Origin: Felis catus
Taxonomy: Eukaryota
Reading direction: 5' to 3'
Assembly: GCF_018350175.1 (NCBI RefSeq)
Contig: NC_058368.1
Coordinates: 182,902,001-182,966,000 of the forward strand
DNA length: 64,000 nucleotides
The position numbers and the translations under genes are program-made. Below the pieces are notes generated by a model, which ran no database searches, was not told the DNA's origin, and saw nothing but the letters and a program-made list of their open reading frames with translations. Each line of letters opens with the position of its first letter. Positions within the stretch are counted from its first letter, which is position 1. Below are positions 10,700 to 24,299 of this stretch, piece by piece.

Positions 10700-12515
10700 G
10701 TCAGTCATCTGTATCTTGAAACTGAGTTCACCAGAATATTTCCAAAGACAGGCTCAAGACAAAGAGAGGCAGGGAGGGTGCGCAGTAAACTGAGTACACA
10801 GCAACTGAATCTCTATTTCTCTCAACATCTGTTTCCCTCTGAGTAATGAGATTACACTAAATCATTTCAAAAACCTTTCTTGCACAGGCCTTCTATGTCT
10901 ATGGAAGGATGTAATTCATATCAAAGGAAGAAAAAGAGATAAGAACAAACAATAGCAGCCCAGAACAACTCCTTATCTAGAGCGCAATTTTATTGTAATC
11001 TTTTCCAAATCTGTCTGCCCATCCAAATCGCCTGAAACTTTTGCTAAAGTTACACCAGTCTTCCTTTCTGATTCCAAATATCTGACCTTGGACTTAAGTG
11101 TCTGTATTTTGGAAACTCAAAGTGGCTTGGTACAGCAAGACTTTGAACCAGTATTTGGGAACCAATGGTCAAGGCAGGATATTCTGAGCATATTTCTACC
11201 CTGGGGTTAGGTAAACAAAACAAGTAAGAAAGCATTTGATCTTTTTATTGGTTGTGCATTAATGTTTGTTACCCCTTCTATGCAAGAAAGGCAGACAGTG
11301 GAGTCAAGCTAGTGATATTAATATGACTAGCAGCATAGAATACTTTGCCACCATGTTTTGAAAATATTTATATTTATAGCTATTTCTCAATAAACATTTT
11401 CCAATAAGGGTCTTAAAGTTGAAAGTCTCTTTGTTAATTTGATAAGGCACTGAATTACTTAATATTATATGTGTTGAAAATATCAGCTTTTTATGTGACC
11501 ACTACATACTGAAGAAAGCAATGATTTCATCAGCTTAATAAGGCTATTGCTCCTGTATTCAATTTATTATGTGGAGCTACAAGGATGCCAATGGAGATGG
11601 CTTTGAACATTTCAAACAGATTCAATTTTAGTTTTTGATTCAAAATTCAGTGGATGCTCTGGAAGGGCCACTGTGTGTAATGGAAGATATACCTCAAAAC
11701 TGTATAAGGGAAAAAAAAAATCAGAAGAAGAGTGATAATAGGGGGAATCTAATCCGGAAATTAAAATCTAGGGAATTTAAAAGGCAAATGCCTTTAAATC
11801 TAGGCTCTATCTCTATTTGGGGACGCTGTCATTAAGGTAAAATTTCTGATTTCCTTTCTGCCATACGCATCTCAAACTTGAAAGGACTTTTCCAGTTGGT
11901 AGCTGAGAGTAGGGATCAGTCATGCAAGGCTCAGCCCATTCCCAGTTTGCTTTTTAGGTCTGATGCAGAAAACACAAATCGTTGTTTGTTGTCTCCCCCC
12001 CCCCCCCCCGTGAGAAATCTTGGTGGGGCAGGCTCTGGTATGGGTAGCATGGGAGGTAAGTTGTCCACTGCAATCTAAGAAGGGGTGGGTGGGCATATCT
12101 AAATTTGGGGAGAATTATCAAGTCCATATGACTTCACACATCAGCCACATCTTCCAGTTCATTAGGCTTCCAGTCTTACCGAATAATAAGGTTGATATGT
12201 TGATCTTCATTTCTCTGAATTATATGCCTATGTCTAAACTGGATCTAAAGAGTGAAAGGAGGTTGCTGCTTATGGACCTTATAGAATCTCATCTAGGGAA
12301 TCCATGGAGGACCTTTAGTGATTTCAGGAGGCCTCTCCAAATTATATAAAAAAATATCTACTCAAAGAGTTACAACTGAGTTTTCTAATTTCAATGAACA
12401 TCTCCCTTCTTAGTCTATACATAATTGTTTTATGACTCAGCTCCAGGTCCCCATCTAAAAACAAAAACAACCCCAGGAATCTCTTCATAAAAGGTGACTT
12501 AAAAGTTGCAGGGCT

Positions 12516-12758
12516 GAGGCACCTGGGTGGCTCAGTTAGTCAAGCAACAGACTCTTGATTTCAGCTCAGGCCATGATCTCACAGTTTGTGAGTTCAAGCC
12601 CTACATCAGGCTCGACGCTCACAGAGTCAGTGCAGAGCCTGCTTTGCATTCTTCCTCTCCTTCCCTCTCCCTGTCCCTCCTCTGCTCGCTTGTTCTCTCT
12701 CTCTGTCTCTCTGTCTCTCTCTCTCTCTCTCAAAATAAATAAATAAACTTACAAAAAA
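12516..12758 (+). mobile_element. Can-SINE
   Basis: gaggcacctgggtggctcagtt head, long CT tract, A tail; degenerate TSD aaaagttgcagggc / aaaagttgtgggggc. Confidence 0.94.
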
Positions 12759-13569
12759 AAAAGTTGTGGGGGCATTTTGAACTAGTGGTGTAAAGCGTTT
12801 GATGACTAGTGTTTATCGACAGTCTCACAACCTACTGTAACTCACCTTTCCAATAGGGATGGGCACATGATCCTTGCAAAAGAACAATTTGTTCTGAGAT
12901 GGATATCTAGGCCTGCCCCATGAGAGTCATTTCCATAGATTTGTGTTTTTGTGAAAGCTAGTAGAAAAGAGATTTCCTTTTGTACCTCTGTTTTAAATTT
13001 AACCCCGATTTTAATTTCAAGTAGAAAATGTGAATCTGAAAGCTTTTATCAGTCATATGCTCCATCTCTTGGAGGAAGTTTTGTTAAAATACAAAATAAA
13101 AGACCAAATAGGTGAAAGCTCTTGTCACCCTTGACCTTTGGGCAAAATAGTTGCACAATCCAATATATGCTTTGATCTGCTTGATCCAGTTGAGTTTCTA
13201 TGTTTGCAGAATCTTGGGTAAAGCAGAAGGCATATAGACTTAAAATCACTTTTTACAACAGAAGGAATATATATTTACTGTCATGAAAATTAAGACAATA
13301 CAGGAACAGAAATAATTACTGCAAATTGAGGTCAAATGTCAATGTATATTTTCTTTCAGTATATTTCCTAGATGTTTTATAAAACAGAAACATATGCATG
13401 CATGCACGTGTCCAATGCAGTTACTATACAGTTTTTCTTTACCCTTTTTCTGTTCACCAAGAAATTTATCATGAAAAATTACTTAATGCATTATAATTTT
13501 ATGCAGCAGATCTTATTATACAGCAAGGACTGACTCTTAATCCTTCCTCCCATCTTTTTTACCCTTCTT

Positions 13570-14250
13570 TCCAATACATTTGTTAACCTTAGAATGTTCC
13601 AGGAATTGTCCTGTGTGCTGGGGATATAGCAGTGAACAAGAGAGGTAAAGCACTTCTTTACATGAAAATATCTTTTTAGTGGGTGAGACTGATATTAAAC
13701 ATGTAAACAAAATAAATCCATATAGTATAAATAGCACTAGGAAAACAGACAAGGTTGTGTGATAAATTTAACAAGGGAGGGGAAGTGACAATATTAGGTT
13801 GGAATGCTAAGTCAAGGTCCTTTGAGAAGGTAAGAATTGAACTAGCAATTGAGAAGAAAAAGCCTGTCATTGAACATTGGGATCTGAGTTTTCCAGGCAG
13901 AAGGAATAGCTAGTGCCTGGGCTCTGCAGTGGGAGTGAACTTGGTGTGTCTCAGGAATAGAAGACAGTAATGGTGCCTCAAATATAATGTATGGAGAGAA
14001 CAATAGAAAACTGTGTCAAAAAATAGTCTGTGGCCAGGATATACAGGGTTTTGGAGTCCATGTAAAAGACTATGGATTTTATTCTAAAATGTTTTAAAAA
14101 GAAGAGTCATGCAATCTGTTTAGGAGATTTAGTTCACTGGAGACACCTGTGGCTTACATTATTCTGGTAGCAGTTGAGATGCAGTAGACATATTTGTGTA
14201 CATTTTTGAAGGAGAAGCATAAGACTTGCATTTGGTCACTTAGAGATGAA
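13570..14250 (-). mobile_element. LINE-2 (L2a/b-like) fragment
   Basis: Antisense L2 phrases gtgctggggatatagcagtgaacaag, ttccaggcagaaggaatagctagtgc, gtaaaagactatggattttattcta. Confidence 0.75.
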
Positions 14251-14509
14251 CACCTGGAGCCTCTGTCCCTCATGTATAGATTGAATTAATGACATGAAAT
14301 TATTCTTGAGCTGCTTTTCATGATCTCTGTCATGTTTCCACAAATAGCACACAAATTTTAATAGCACTCTGATGCATAAAAAACTCTGAGGAGGTAACCT
14401 CTTTTCTTTTTTCAACTGACTACTGTTTAGTTTCTGGAAAATTATATGGGTGGAAGGGGAAATGACTGATGAAGTTAAACTCCTTTGCAGAGAAGCTATC
14501 CTGTTGGAG

Positions 14510-14872
14510 GGTGGAGAGTTGGCTTAGTAGGCTTAGCAGCTGGTTCAAACATTTTGAATCCCTGGACAGAGAGGCTTAGATCTCAGCATGACTCACTCGA
14601 CCATTCATCCTTCCAAGGTAGATAAATTGAGTGTTGCACAATTTAGAATGTGTGCGTCTTTCAGATAATGCCTTAAAAAGCAAATTCTGTGTGAACATTA
14701 AAGACTACATAGCACTATAGAACAGTAGGGGCCACCCCTGTGTCCTTGGCCTAAATTTCCTCCTTCATAATGTGGTAGGGTGAATGATTTCAGTTACCAA
14801 TATTTTACTGTTATTAACTCAATGCAGTTTGTCTGAGTCTTTGGAATCTTTCAGAATGAATGAGCTTTATTA
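14510..14872 (+). mobile_element. Ancient Deu-domain SINE (AmnSINE-like, most similar to AmnSINE2 as recalled)
   Basis: cattcatccttccaaggtagataaattgag; Deu-like gtctttcagat...cattaaagactacatagcact...gtaggggccacccctgtgtccttggcctaaattt; tail gtttgtctgagtctttggaatctttcagaatgaa. Confidence 0.7.
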
Positions 14873-15350
14873 ACCAAAAAACTCGTTTGACTTACTGTAA
14901 GTGTCTCCAAAGTTGACTATAGCTTTTCTGTGCTTTTTAATGATGTCTCCATTACAGAGGCTTGTAGGTGAAAGGTAGCTTGATCTTTCCTAGGAGAGGT
15001 CTATAGTCAGGGAAGTTCTACAACTGAGGGCTCCCTGCCCTGAAAATAACCCATCTAAAGGTACTGAAAGATGTGGAAAGGAACAACATGAGTGGCTGAA
15101 GGGTATGGCACCCAGAGAGTCATTAGACTGCTGTACCCTTTTTTTTTCTTCTTTTGCAGATTACCATACTCTACAATGAATCTGGTAGGTCTCAATTAGC
15201 AATTCAACACTGAAGTCTTGGTCACGTATTTGGCTATAAAAACTAATGGATTTTAAAGATCTTTTGTGTATATAAAACTTTCAACAATATATTATATATT
15301 CTTATTGTTAAAGTTATAAAATTTTTTATCCATTCAATAGTAATATAATG

Positions 15351-15449
15351 GTGTGTGTATATATATATATGTATATACATATATATATATATATATGTGT
15401 ATATATATATATGTATATACATATATATATATATGTATATACATATATA
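15351..15449. repeat. (TA)n-rich compound microsatellite
   Basis: Alternating purine/pyrimidine with a recurring tatgtatatacata unit. Confidence 0.95.
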
Positions 15450-16417
15450 GTATACAATGGTATATAATGGTGTATATATCCTCAGTCCCCGTGTCCCCCA
15501 ATTCCTTGTTACTTAGTGAGCTGTTCCTCTCTAAGAAACTAGTCAAGTGGATTCCATTACCAGACAGTAAAACCAAAGAAGTAAGAAATCATTTTTGTTT
15601 TGTTTTGTTTTGTTTTAAGTTCCAAAACAAGAAGTGCATGTATGAGGCAAAAAGACTTGGAGAAATATTAATCCTGATAGAATATGCAATTTTTGCCCTT
15701 TGGAATCTGAGTAGAATTGTCCTGATAAAGGAGAAAGGAGTGAGATGTAGTGTAGTGAAGACATAAAATCAGGAGTTCATGGAGCAAGATTTGAAAAAAG
15801 TAGAGCCAACATCCAGGAATATCTCAGTATCACCTTAGGTGAGCAATGAAGAGTCATACAAGAACTGAATCAACCTTGCATGCCAACACACAATTAATCC
15901 ATACTATTAGATTTATTAGGTGCCTACCATGGTGCTAAATTTTGTGTCAAGAGATTTTTAAAAATCTGGCTGGATAGCTAACTGTGGAGAAGTTCAAAAT
16001 TGAGTGGGAAGAAAATATAATAATTATAATACAGAGTAAAAGCATCTGGGAGGTCTGAGAAGGTTATATTTGATTTTAGGACTGATTTTCTGAGATAAAA
16101 TTTTATTTGTTAGGTCTCTCTTTAGCTACCATAGAAGCAGTTGTACGAAATTTTGTTTATTAAAAAAAATAGAACCTCTTTTGGACTGCATGTTTAAAAA
16201 TAGCACAAGATCACCCTGCTCCTCACTCATGAAAATAGAGAAACAGAAACAAGTAATCTCTGTATAATGGTAGAACATAGATGAAAATTGTATCACTAAG
16301 AAAGACCATGCTTTCTTAAGAAGCCAGAGAGAATTTAGGAAACATGCGATTTTTTAAACTGTAATCTTCAGGAAATTTCATGATTCACATGTGAATGCAA
16401 ACCACCACATTAAGCAT

Positions 16418-17299
16418 TCTTTTGGCGTGTCCTGGGGCCCAAATTTCCAATATGTGCTTGTACAGGTGGTTTTCCCATGCCAACAAGCAATCCTTAAACA
16501 CCCTGCCGGTGTCTGAAAATTTGACTCAATTCTGACACTATTCAACTCAATTCTGATTCCATCTACCCAGAGATAGCATCAGATTCCACAGGTTAAAGGT
16601 TTAGTCCTACAAGATTTCCCCCACCCCAACCCCTGCCAACTTCAGATACAAGTCACAAGGGCAGATTGTCACCTATACTTCTGGTTATAAAGCAGAGGTT
16701 CCATAAACCCATCCTCTGATTTGATTAATTTACCCACAGAACTCTGAGAAACACTTTAGCCACTAGAATACTGGCTTATTATAAAATTATATAGCTTGGA
16801 AACAGTCAGACAGAAGAGATACATAGGGCAAAGTATATAGAAAGAGTGTGGGACTTCTTCTGTGCTCTTTCTCAGAGCTGGCTATTCTCTCCAAATCTCC
16901 ACATACTCACCAAGCCAGACGCTCTCCAAACCCTGTCCTGTTGGGTTTATGAAGGCTTCACATCATAGACATGACTGATCAAATCATTTGCCATCGGAAA
17001 GTGATTCTACTTTCAGCCCCTCTCACCTCACATGAGGTCAGGGAGTGAGACTAAAAGTTCCAACTCTCTTATCACATGGATGGCTCCATTGGCTACCAGC
17101 TCCCATCCTTAGATAGTTTCCAAAAGTCACCTAGTTAACATAACAAATGACACCTTTATCAATCTTAACCCATATGAAATCCCAATGGTTTTGGGAGCTA
17201 TGAACCAGGAATTGTAGAAGGAGACCAAATATATATGGAAAATATATTTTGGTTATTTGAATGTCCAAATGAACATTTCTTATAAATCACAATATTGGA
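16418..17299 (-). mobile_element. Solo LTR, MER21-like
   Basis: tcaattctgacact, cagagatagcatcagattccacaggttaaagg, atttcttataaatcacaatat end; candidate 5-bp TSD agcat at 16413-16417 and 17300-17304. Confidence 0.75.
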
Positions 17300-18470
17300 A
17301 GCATCGGGTAAAAATATTTCTTTGGTACTGATTCAAACAGACACAAGTGAAAATGAAATGTAAAGTAAATGAAAGTTAACTTTTTGGTGTGATTTGGTTT
17401 AAGTTGCTCTTAAAACCAAAATTTACCACTGAAAGAATTGAAAGAAAGGAGGGAAGGAAACTGCAGAAGTTATAAATACTTTGGAAATGAAGTAACAGAT
17501 AAAGGAGTCTAACATACTTGTATTTGGGATGACAAAAGAGTGTGGTAGTTTGCAGGAGGAGGATATCAAATCAGAACTGAAATATTTTCATTCTATGATA
17601 ATAGAATCATTAAGATGAATTTGATAATTATCAATTCAATATTTTGTATCTATCTACCTATCATCCATGTATCTATGTAGTCTTTACGACATATACACTA
17701 TTCAGTTGATTCCCTTTGTTATTCAATCATGGGCATAGAATATAGTAGGATAGAATTCTATAGAAAAATAAAGAAATGTATTGGTCTAAATGTGCATCTT
17801 CTAGCTTGAAATATTTAATAAAAATCATGCACAATTTTTATCAATTTGACCTAAGAAAATTTTTAAAATGAAAAAACAAATATTTGCAAATTAAGTCAAC
17901 TTTCCCTCCACTCTGACAGGAAGCTATTTTAGAGGCTGTAAGATGCTCCAAGAATTCATGCTGGAGTCTTTATATGGACTACCATGATAATTTCTCCTGA
18001 TATATTTTAGCTAATATTCTCAGAGCTAAGTCACTAGTGACTCCATCTGAAGGAAGTTATTCAGCCCTCTCAAAGGCAAAAAATTACATATATCAAAGGT
18101 CTCACAAACCCACCATTTTAAGAAACTTTGAAATTGCCATGTAATCCAGACCTGGGCTCCACCAAGAGGAGATTTCCTACAGATACATTAAGTATCTGTA
18201 CTCATGTACTCATGTATCATGTACAATGACACATCCTCACACAACTCTCTTTCTCACATCTTATCCCCTCCATCCTGGGTGCTCTAAATGAACAATGAGT
18301 CCTAGCTTATATTAGACTCTACAATTGCTAGATTTTGAATTCAATGGGTCTTAGGTTATATTGTTATTCCAGAATTATTATTGCCCACATGACTTGACCT
18401 GTGTAATTCTTTGCTTCTACCTGATTAGACTGCCTCTTCTCTAAGTCTCTGTCTAAAAGCAGTCTCCTTC

Positions 18471-18709
18471 GGGGCGCCTGGGTGGCGCAGTCGGTTAAGC
18501 ATCCGACTTCAGCCAGGTCACGATCTCGCGGTCCGTGAGTTCGAGCCCCGCGTCGGGCTCTGGGCTGATGGCTCAGAGCCTGGAGCCTGTTTCCGATTCT
18601 GTGTCTCCCTCTCTCTCTGACCCTCCCCCGTTCATGCTCTGTCTCTCTCTGTCCCAAAAATAAATAAACGTTGAAAAAAAATTTTTTTTAAAAAAATAAA
18701 ATAAAAAAA
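18471..18709 (+). mobile_element. Young SINEC_Fc
   Basis: CpG-rich intact head, A box tggcgcagtcgg, B box gttcgagcc; perfect 17-bp TSD taaaagcagtctccttc (18454-18470 / 18710-18726). Confidence 0.98.
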
Positions 18710-19719
18710 TAAAAGCAGTCTCCTTCTATAAACCCCTTCTATTCGTAGCTAGAGACCCTGCTTTCCTATATAACTCGTGCCAGGTCTTAGTCCCTCTGGG
18801 TTACATTCTTATTCTTTACTAGTGGAACCAGATAGGTCAATCTGCATGGTCTCTTACCCTTTTTTAGCTGAAGTAGAGATAATCACTAAAACATATTGCC
18901 AGCTTCCATCCACCCAATTGAACCTCTAGACATCATAATTGCCTATATTTTGCCTGTTTTCAGACATTATTTTCTAAGATTTTTCTTTATAGTCATTTCA
19001 GTTTGATCTACTCCTTATTCTGCTGTAGGAACTTCACATTGACGCACATGTGTAAGTAACTTGTGACATGAAAACTAAAGATATACAGACAAACTGCATG
19101 AGCAGGACTGTAAAGATCTTGAGCACACCTAAAATATGCGGCTGGCTGAAAAAAAAAAAACAAAAACAAACAAATAAACAGGAAGTCCTTGGGCAACAGA
19201 TAGAGGACATGATGAGCAATTATGGCAAGCAAGTGAAGAAAAGGCATTCACTTTCCATGACTATTTTTCTAACAAGACAATATACAGAGAGTAGGGACAT
19301 CTAAAACTCTACTAAAACAGACTTTTTAGAGTCTTTTAACACTCTTCATGATTGGACTTCTCATATGTTCCTACCACATACCACATTGGTCATCTAGGAA
19401 CAATATACTACAGAAAAGTCTATCAGATATATGTCATACTTCTTGTTAACTGACAAAGTAAAATTACACAGACATTTAAAACATGACCTCTTCCCTGAAG
19501 TTCTACATAGTCTATTTAGGGAGGCATGACTAAAACTTATACAATATCAAACAATATAAAACATAGGATTACAGTTGTTAGAAATACAAACAAAAAGCTT
19601 TGGAAAGTAAGACACAGTATGGACTATGATGGAAGGATAAAATGTGTAAAAGCAAACTGGCAGGGACCTGAGTGGTTCAAATTTCAGACTCTTAAATCAA
19701 ACCCACCAGAATTTATTTG

Positions 19720-20170
19720 GATGTTGATGCTTCCATTTACTTATACTTGGGCCAACTATTTCAACTGTTGTTGCCTCAATTTTCTTATTGGTAAAATAAG
19801 AATAATGAGACAACCACAGGTGTTGGGAGTATATTTGAAAATGAAGTCTCTAGCACATAAGAAGTACTTATGTGGACTAAAGGAAGTACAATATTCCCTG
19901 AGGAAATACCTCAAAGATTGAACAAAGTCTTCTAGGTCTAAATTCCTCACATGTTATTAGACATCTGCCAATTTCCAGGTATTGTGTTAAGAAATTTCAT
20001 GTGTGCAGTTCCATTTAAACTTCATGACAAATTATGAGTCAGTAATATTATTAGGCTTTTCTAGATGAGAAAACTGGCATGCAAAAAGTAAAGTGATTTT
20101 CCCCAGGTCCCCTATTTATAAGAAAGATTATAATCTGGATACCCTGAATCACAGCCTGGGACTTTGTAAC
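19720..20170. mobile_element. Two MIR fragments (plus ~19720-19860; minus ~19960-20170)
   Basis: cttgggcc...gcctcaattttcttattggtaaaataag on plus; tagatgagaaaactggcatgc...aaagtgattttccccaggtc on minus. Confidence 0.6.
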
Positions 20171-21487
20171 ATATTTACTCCTCATTAAGGAAATAGAAAA
20201 AATGACAAACAAGCAACAGAATAAAAAATATAGAGAGATGTAAGAGATGGAGTGAATCATCCTGAAAGAGAAAATGCAGTGCTTAACCACCAACAGAAAA
20301 GAGTCTGCAAAAGAGGCAGTTAATTTATAAATTAAAAGAGAAAGATAAAAAAAAAAAAGGACTCTCCAGGTGACAGGTTAATATATGTGAACAGGATTGA
20401 AAGGATTTCAGCAAATGCATCAGATTTTGCCATTATGTGAACGAACAGCAAAATGTTTAAAAATATAATCTTTAAATGGAAAGGATAATGATTTTTATGG
20501 ATAGGTTCACATTTGCTTAGAATGGCCTATTATAAGCAGAGTTTTATTGGTATTAAGGAACTGCTCCACTCAAGTTCAGGAAAAATATGCTTATGATAAG
20601 AATAGACTTGTCTTAAAATTTGCCAGGACCCTGGAGAGCAGACATTTTTGGTCATGGCATCTCTGCTTTTATCTGCACATATACTCTATCTACTAAATGA
20701 TTAGCTACCCATTGATTAGGCTACCTCCAATGCCATTACTGGTCTTTCAAAATATGGGTATTTAGTTTGCCTGGCCAGCTCCAACTCAAAATCAAGGAAT
20801 TCTCATTGATTATACTCTAGTACTCCATTTCTACCTTGCAAATTCTCCAGAGAGAGAAAAAATGTCTCTTGGAGCTAATCATTTTTTTTTTTTTAATCAA
20901 GGAGGTCTTGGGCTAGCCTTTGCACACTGATCCTCCCTTTTGCTAAATAATGTGGTGGGGAAGTCTCACAATGTAAAACAGAGTCATTTAGACAGTAGTT
21001 GTGCTTCAGAACAATTCCCTTAGAAGTCAGTATATGTGGGACATATATACTGTTGACATATATCTGTTGAATCTTGTGTCAGAAAGAAAAAGAGGATATA
21101 ACATTTAGGGGGGTGCACTTGGTCATACAGATAGAAACTGTATTAAATACAATGCAGTGATTTTAACAAAGTGTCTTATTTTTAAAAAGTCACAGATTAA
21201 AGGTTTATTACAGAAGTTAGATGAACATTAACTGTTGGCGTTATACCCTAGATGCCATAAAATCTCAATTAAACAAAACCCAAATACTTTTTTCTTTTAG
21301 AAGTAGTTTCAAAGGTATACAGAGAAAGACATATAAATCATCCTAGAATGAACTATATGCTGATTTATAGTTACTAATTTGTGATGGGGAGGAGAACCTG
21401 AAAAAAGTGATTTTAAGAGTAAGACTTATCTGAAAATTTTATAATAGGAATACTAGGAGAGTTATATAACATTTTCTTCTTTCCTCT

Positions 21488-21537
21488 TTTTTATTTTATT
21501 TTATTTTATTTATTTTATTTTATTTTATTTTATTTTG

Positions 21538-21568
<31 letters not shown>
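21488..21568. repeat. (TTTTA)n-(TTTTG)n compound microsatellite
   Basis: Directly visible. Confidence 0.95.
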
Positions 21569-23311
21569 GGTATCAAGTTCAGATTTAAAAAAAAATGAAA
21601 TACTTTTATCCTCAATAATTTGACTCCACAATGTTGTAGTATTTGTTTTTCTTCCTGGGCTAAAATGTGTATCTGCAAACATTCAAAACTGAAGTGAAGT
21701 TAGTAGAAGATCTTGGCATCACTAACATATTTGATACAGGCCATTTGTCTGCATGACCATTTCCCATAGTTTATCACAGCTAACCTACATTTTTACTCCA
21801 TTTGTTGCTAGTATTCTTAAAGTCACAGTTACTGACCTATTTTTTCCTTGCTCCCTTGGGGGTGCCTGTATGCCAAAACCTTTTAGTTTTGAAAAGGCAC
21901 TAACTATTCACTGGTTCCAAACTCAAGGTCATTTAATTAATTACTTCGGATTTATAGACGCCCATCCTCAATCAAAGAAGGTTAATGTCAAATAAAAGAA
22001 GCAGTTCAGATACTTTTTATCAAATCTGGCTTAATCCAAGCTATATTTTATTTGATATGCAACTGTAAGTAAGCCACTTAAAATTTAAACCAATTCAGGG
22101 AAAAATTATTTAATTTCAATCTTGTAAAAAGTAAGGAGTCTTCCTATTTAAGAAGTTCTTCAGTCAGTAACTGCAGTTCGTTTGCTAGGAGACTTTGAAA
22201 TATACCAGAAAACAGGCTGGCTGGCAGGTTGGTTTGTGCTGCAAGATATTCTGACAACCTGTCAAAGTTCCACTTTTCTCACATTCTACCAACTTCTCTT
22301 TTCTAAAGAAAGCATGAAATGTCAAAATGACAGGTGCCAAAGCGCAGCAGCATCCAGCTTCTGGGCCTATTACCTTAGGAAGGAAAGAGTTGAAAAGTTG
22401 TGCAAGTGACATATGCTGAAGAGTGATATAATTTGCCAGGTAAAGGAGTGGCTTGATGGTGCTTGTGTTAACCCTTTGGAGCTGACTAATTTGAATTACA
22501 TCCTCTGGGAATAATTTCTGTGTGTATTTATTGGAAAAAAAAATACAGCTTTTGAGCAGTAACTTCAATAAGTGATTGGGCACCATTTTCTTTAGTGTTG
22601 GTGACTTTCTTCAGTTAATTTATTGAATGTAATCAACATTGCACAGTTACAGGGAGCTGATGTTGTAATTTTGTTATATTTAAATGGATGAAGAAAGCAA
22701 TATTGCCGGAGAAAAATTAAGACATGGGAAACCATTGCAATTATATCTGCGTAAAATTTGTTTGTTGATATGTGTGTGTGAGTGTGCATGTGTGTACATA
22801 CCTATGAGGAGAGTTAAGTATGATTCAGTTAATTTGTATAATTAGGGAAAAGTCAGTCTAAATTAATGGGCACGGCTGAGTTATGAAATAAAGTTTAAAA
22901 ATTCTATCTTATTACTTTCAAGTTTAGGTCCTGTCTGATGAATATATATGACTAACTTGCAACTTCCAGCTACTTCTTTATAATTTGCAAAGAAGACCTA
23001 AAAAACAGTATTTTTTCCTAAGTGATAAATGTCTTTATTATTTGCATTAATTATTATTACTTTATGTTGTATATATTTATGTTTGAGGAAATGGAAATAA
23101 ATGCGTAATAATTTTATGATCATACTGTTTGGGCAGGACAGGGATGAACAAAGAATCTAATAAAAACTGAAAAATGGCTGAGAGAAGGAAAAACAAATTG
23201 AATGCCCAGAAGGAAGGTAGGAAGTCTTTACAAAATTAAGAATGAGAATAGGAAAGGATTCTTTAGTGGAGAGTTAAAGGTAGAGATAAAGAAAGAGAAA
23301 GAACTAGAGAT

Positions 23312-23315
<4 letters not shown>

Positions 23316-23365
<50 letters not shown>

Positions 23366-23382
23366 GAGAAAGGGAGAGAGAG
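23316..23382. repeat. (GA)n microsatellite
   Basis: Directly visible. Confidence 0.95.
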
Positions 23383-24299
23383 GGAATGAGATTTATTCTA
23401 CATTCTAGGAGAAAATATTTGATGCTACAAGTCTCGAGATGTAATCCTATCTGTACTCTGAGAAGTAACATCATGTAGCAGCAGTTGGGAGTTCAGACTC
23501 CACAGTTGTACTGTTTAATAACTGTGAGTTTTTACCTCCTACTCAATTCAAGTGGTCCACAATTTATTTACCTATAAAAGATAGGCACTTGAAATGTCTG
23601 CCTCATAATATTGTTGTGACAAATTAAATTGATTATGTGTATAAAGTGGCCAGCATTCCATGATTGTATCTTTGGAAAACCATTTTTAAAGGACTCTCCT
23701 TCCTATGTCTTCAGAAATTAAAAAGGGATATTGAATTACATTGGAATGAGAAATTAGAGAATTCTCAGCCTCAGGGAAGTTAAAAATCACTACTACAAGA
23801 GCAAGGGGCTTTAATTAACCAATCTATTTGTGGTATACTTTGAGAATCTTTGTACTACAGTAGATATATGCACTTATAACAGTTATAGAGATAATTAATT
23901 ATGTGTGATACTACTGATAAAGATTTATAATGGCAACAACTAGTGAGGAGTAAGCATTTTTTAAACCAATTGCCAGTCAGTATATTAAGAGTTAAAGAGT
24001 ACATGTAATGTGGTATAACCCACTTATAACTCATTTGGGAATACTTTGGCAGCAGGTGTCTAGCTTATCTTCTACCAATGCAATTCATACAAATTAGACT
24101 GAAAGTTGAAAGGTAGACACTAGTGATATTATTGCTACTCCAGCAACAATAAGCAGGTGAGTAGATTCAAATCCTGAAAAATTTGCAGAATCCTTTTAGC
24201 AAATCACCTGATTGTAGGCCCAAAGCAATAGTGATTATTGCTTTGGCTTCTGCAATCTCTTTACTCTCTGAATGAAAATTAAAATGAAATTTAGTAGCA

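Noticed and set aside
15334..15766. ORFs with YIYV repeats
   Set aside because: Translation of the TA microsatellite.
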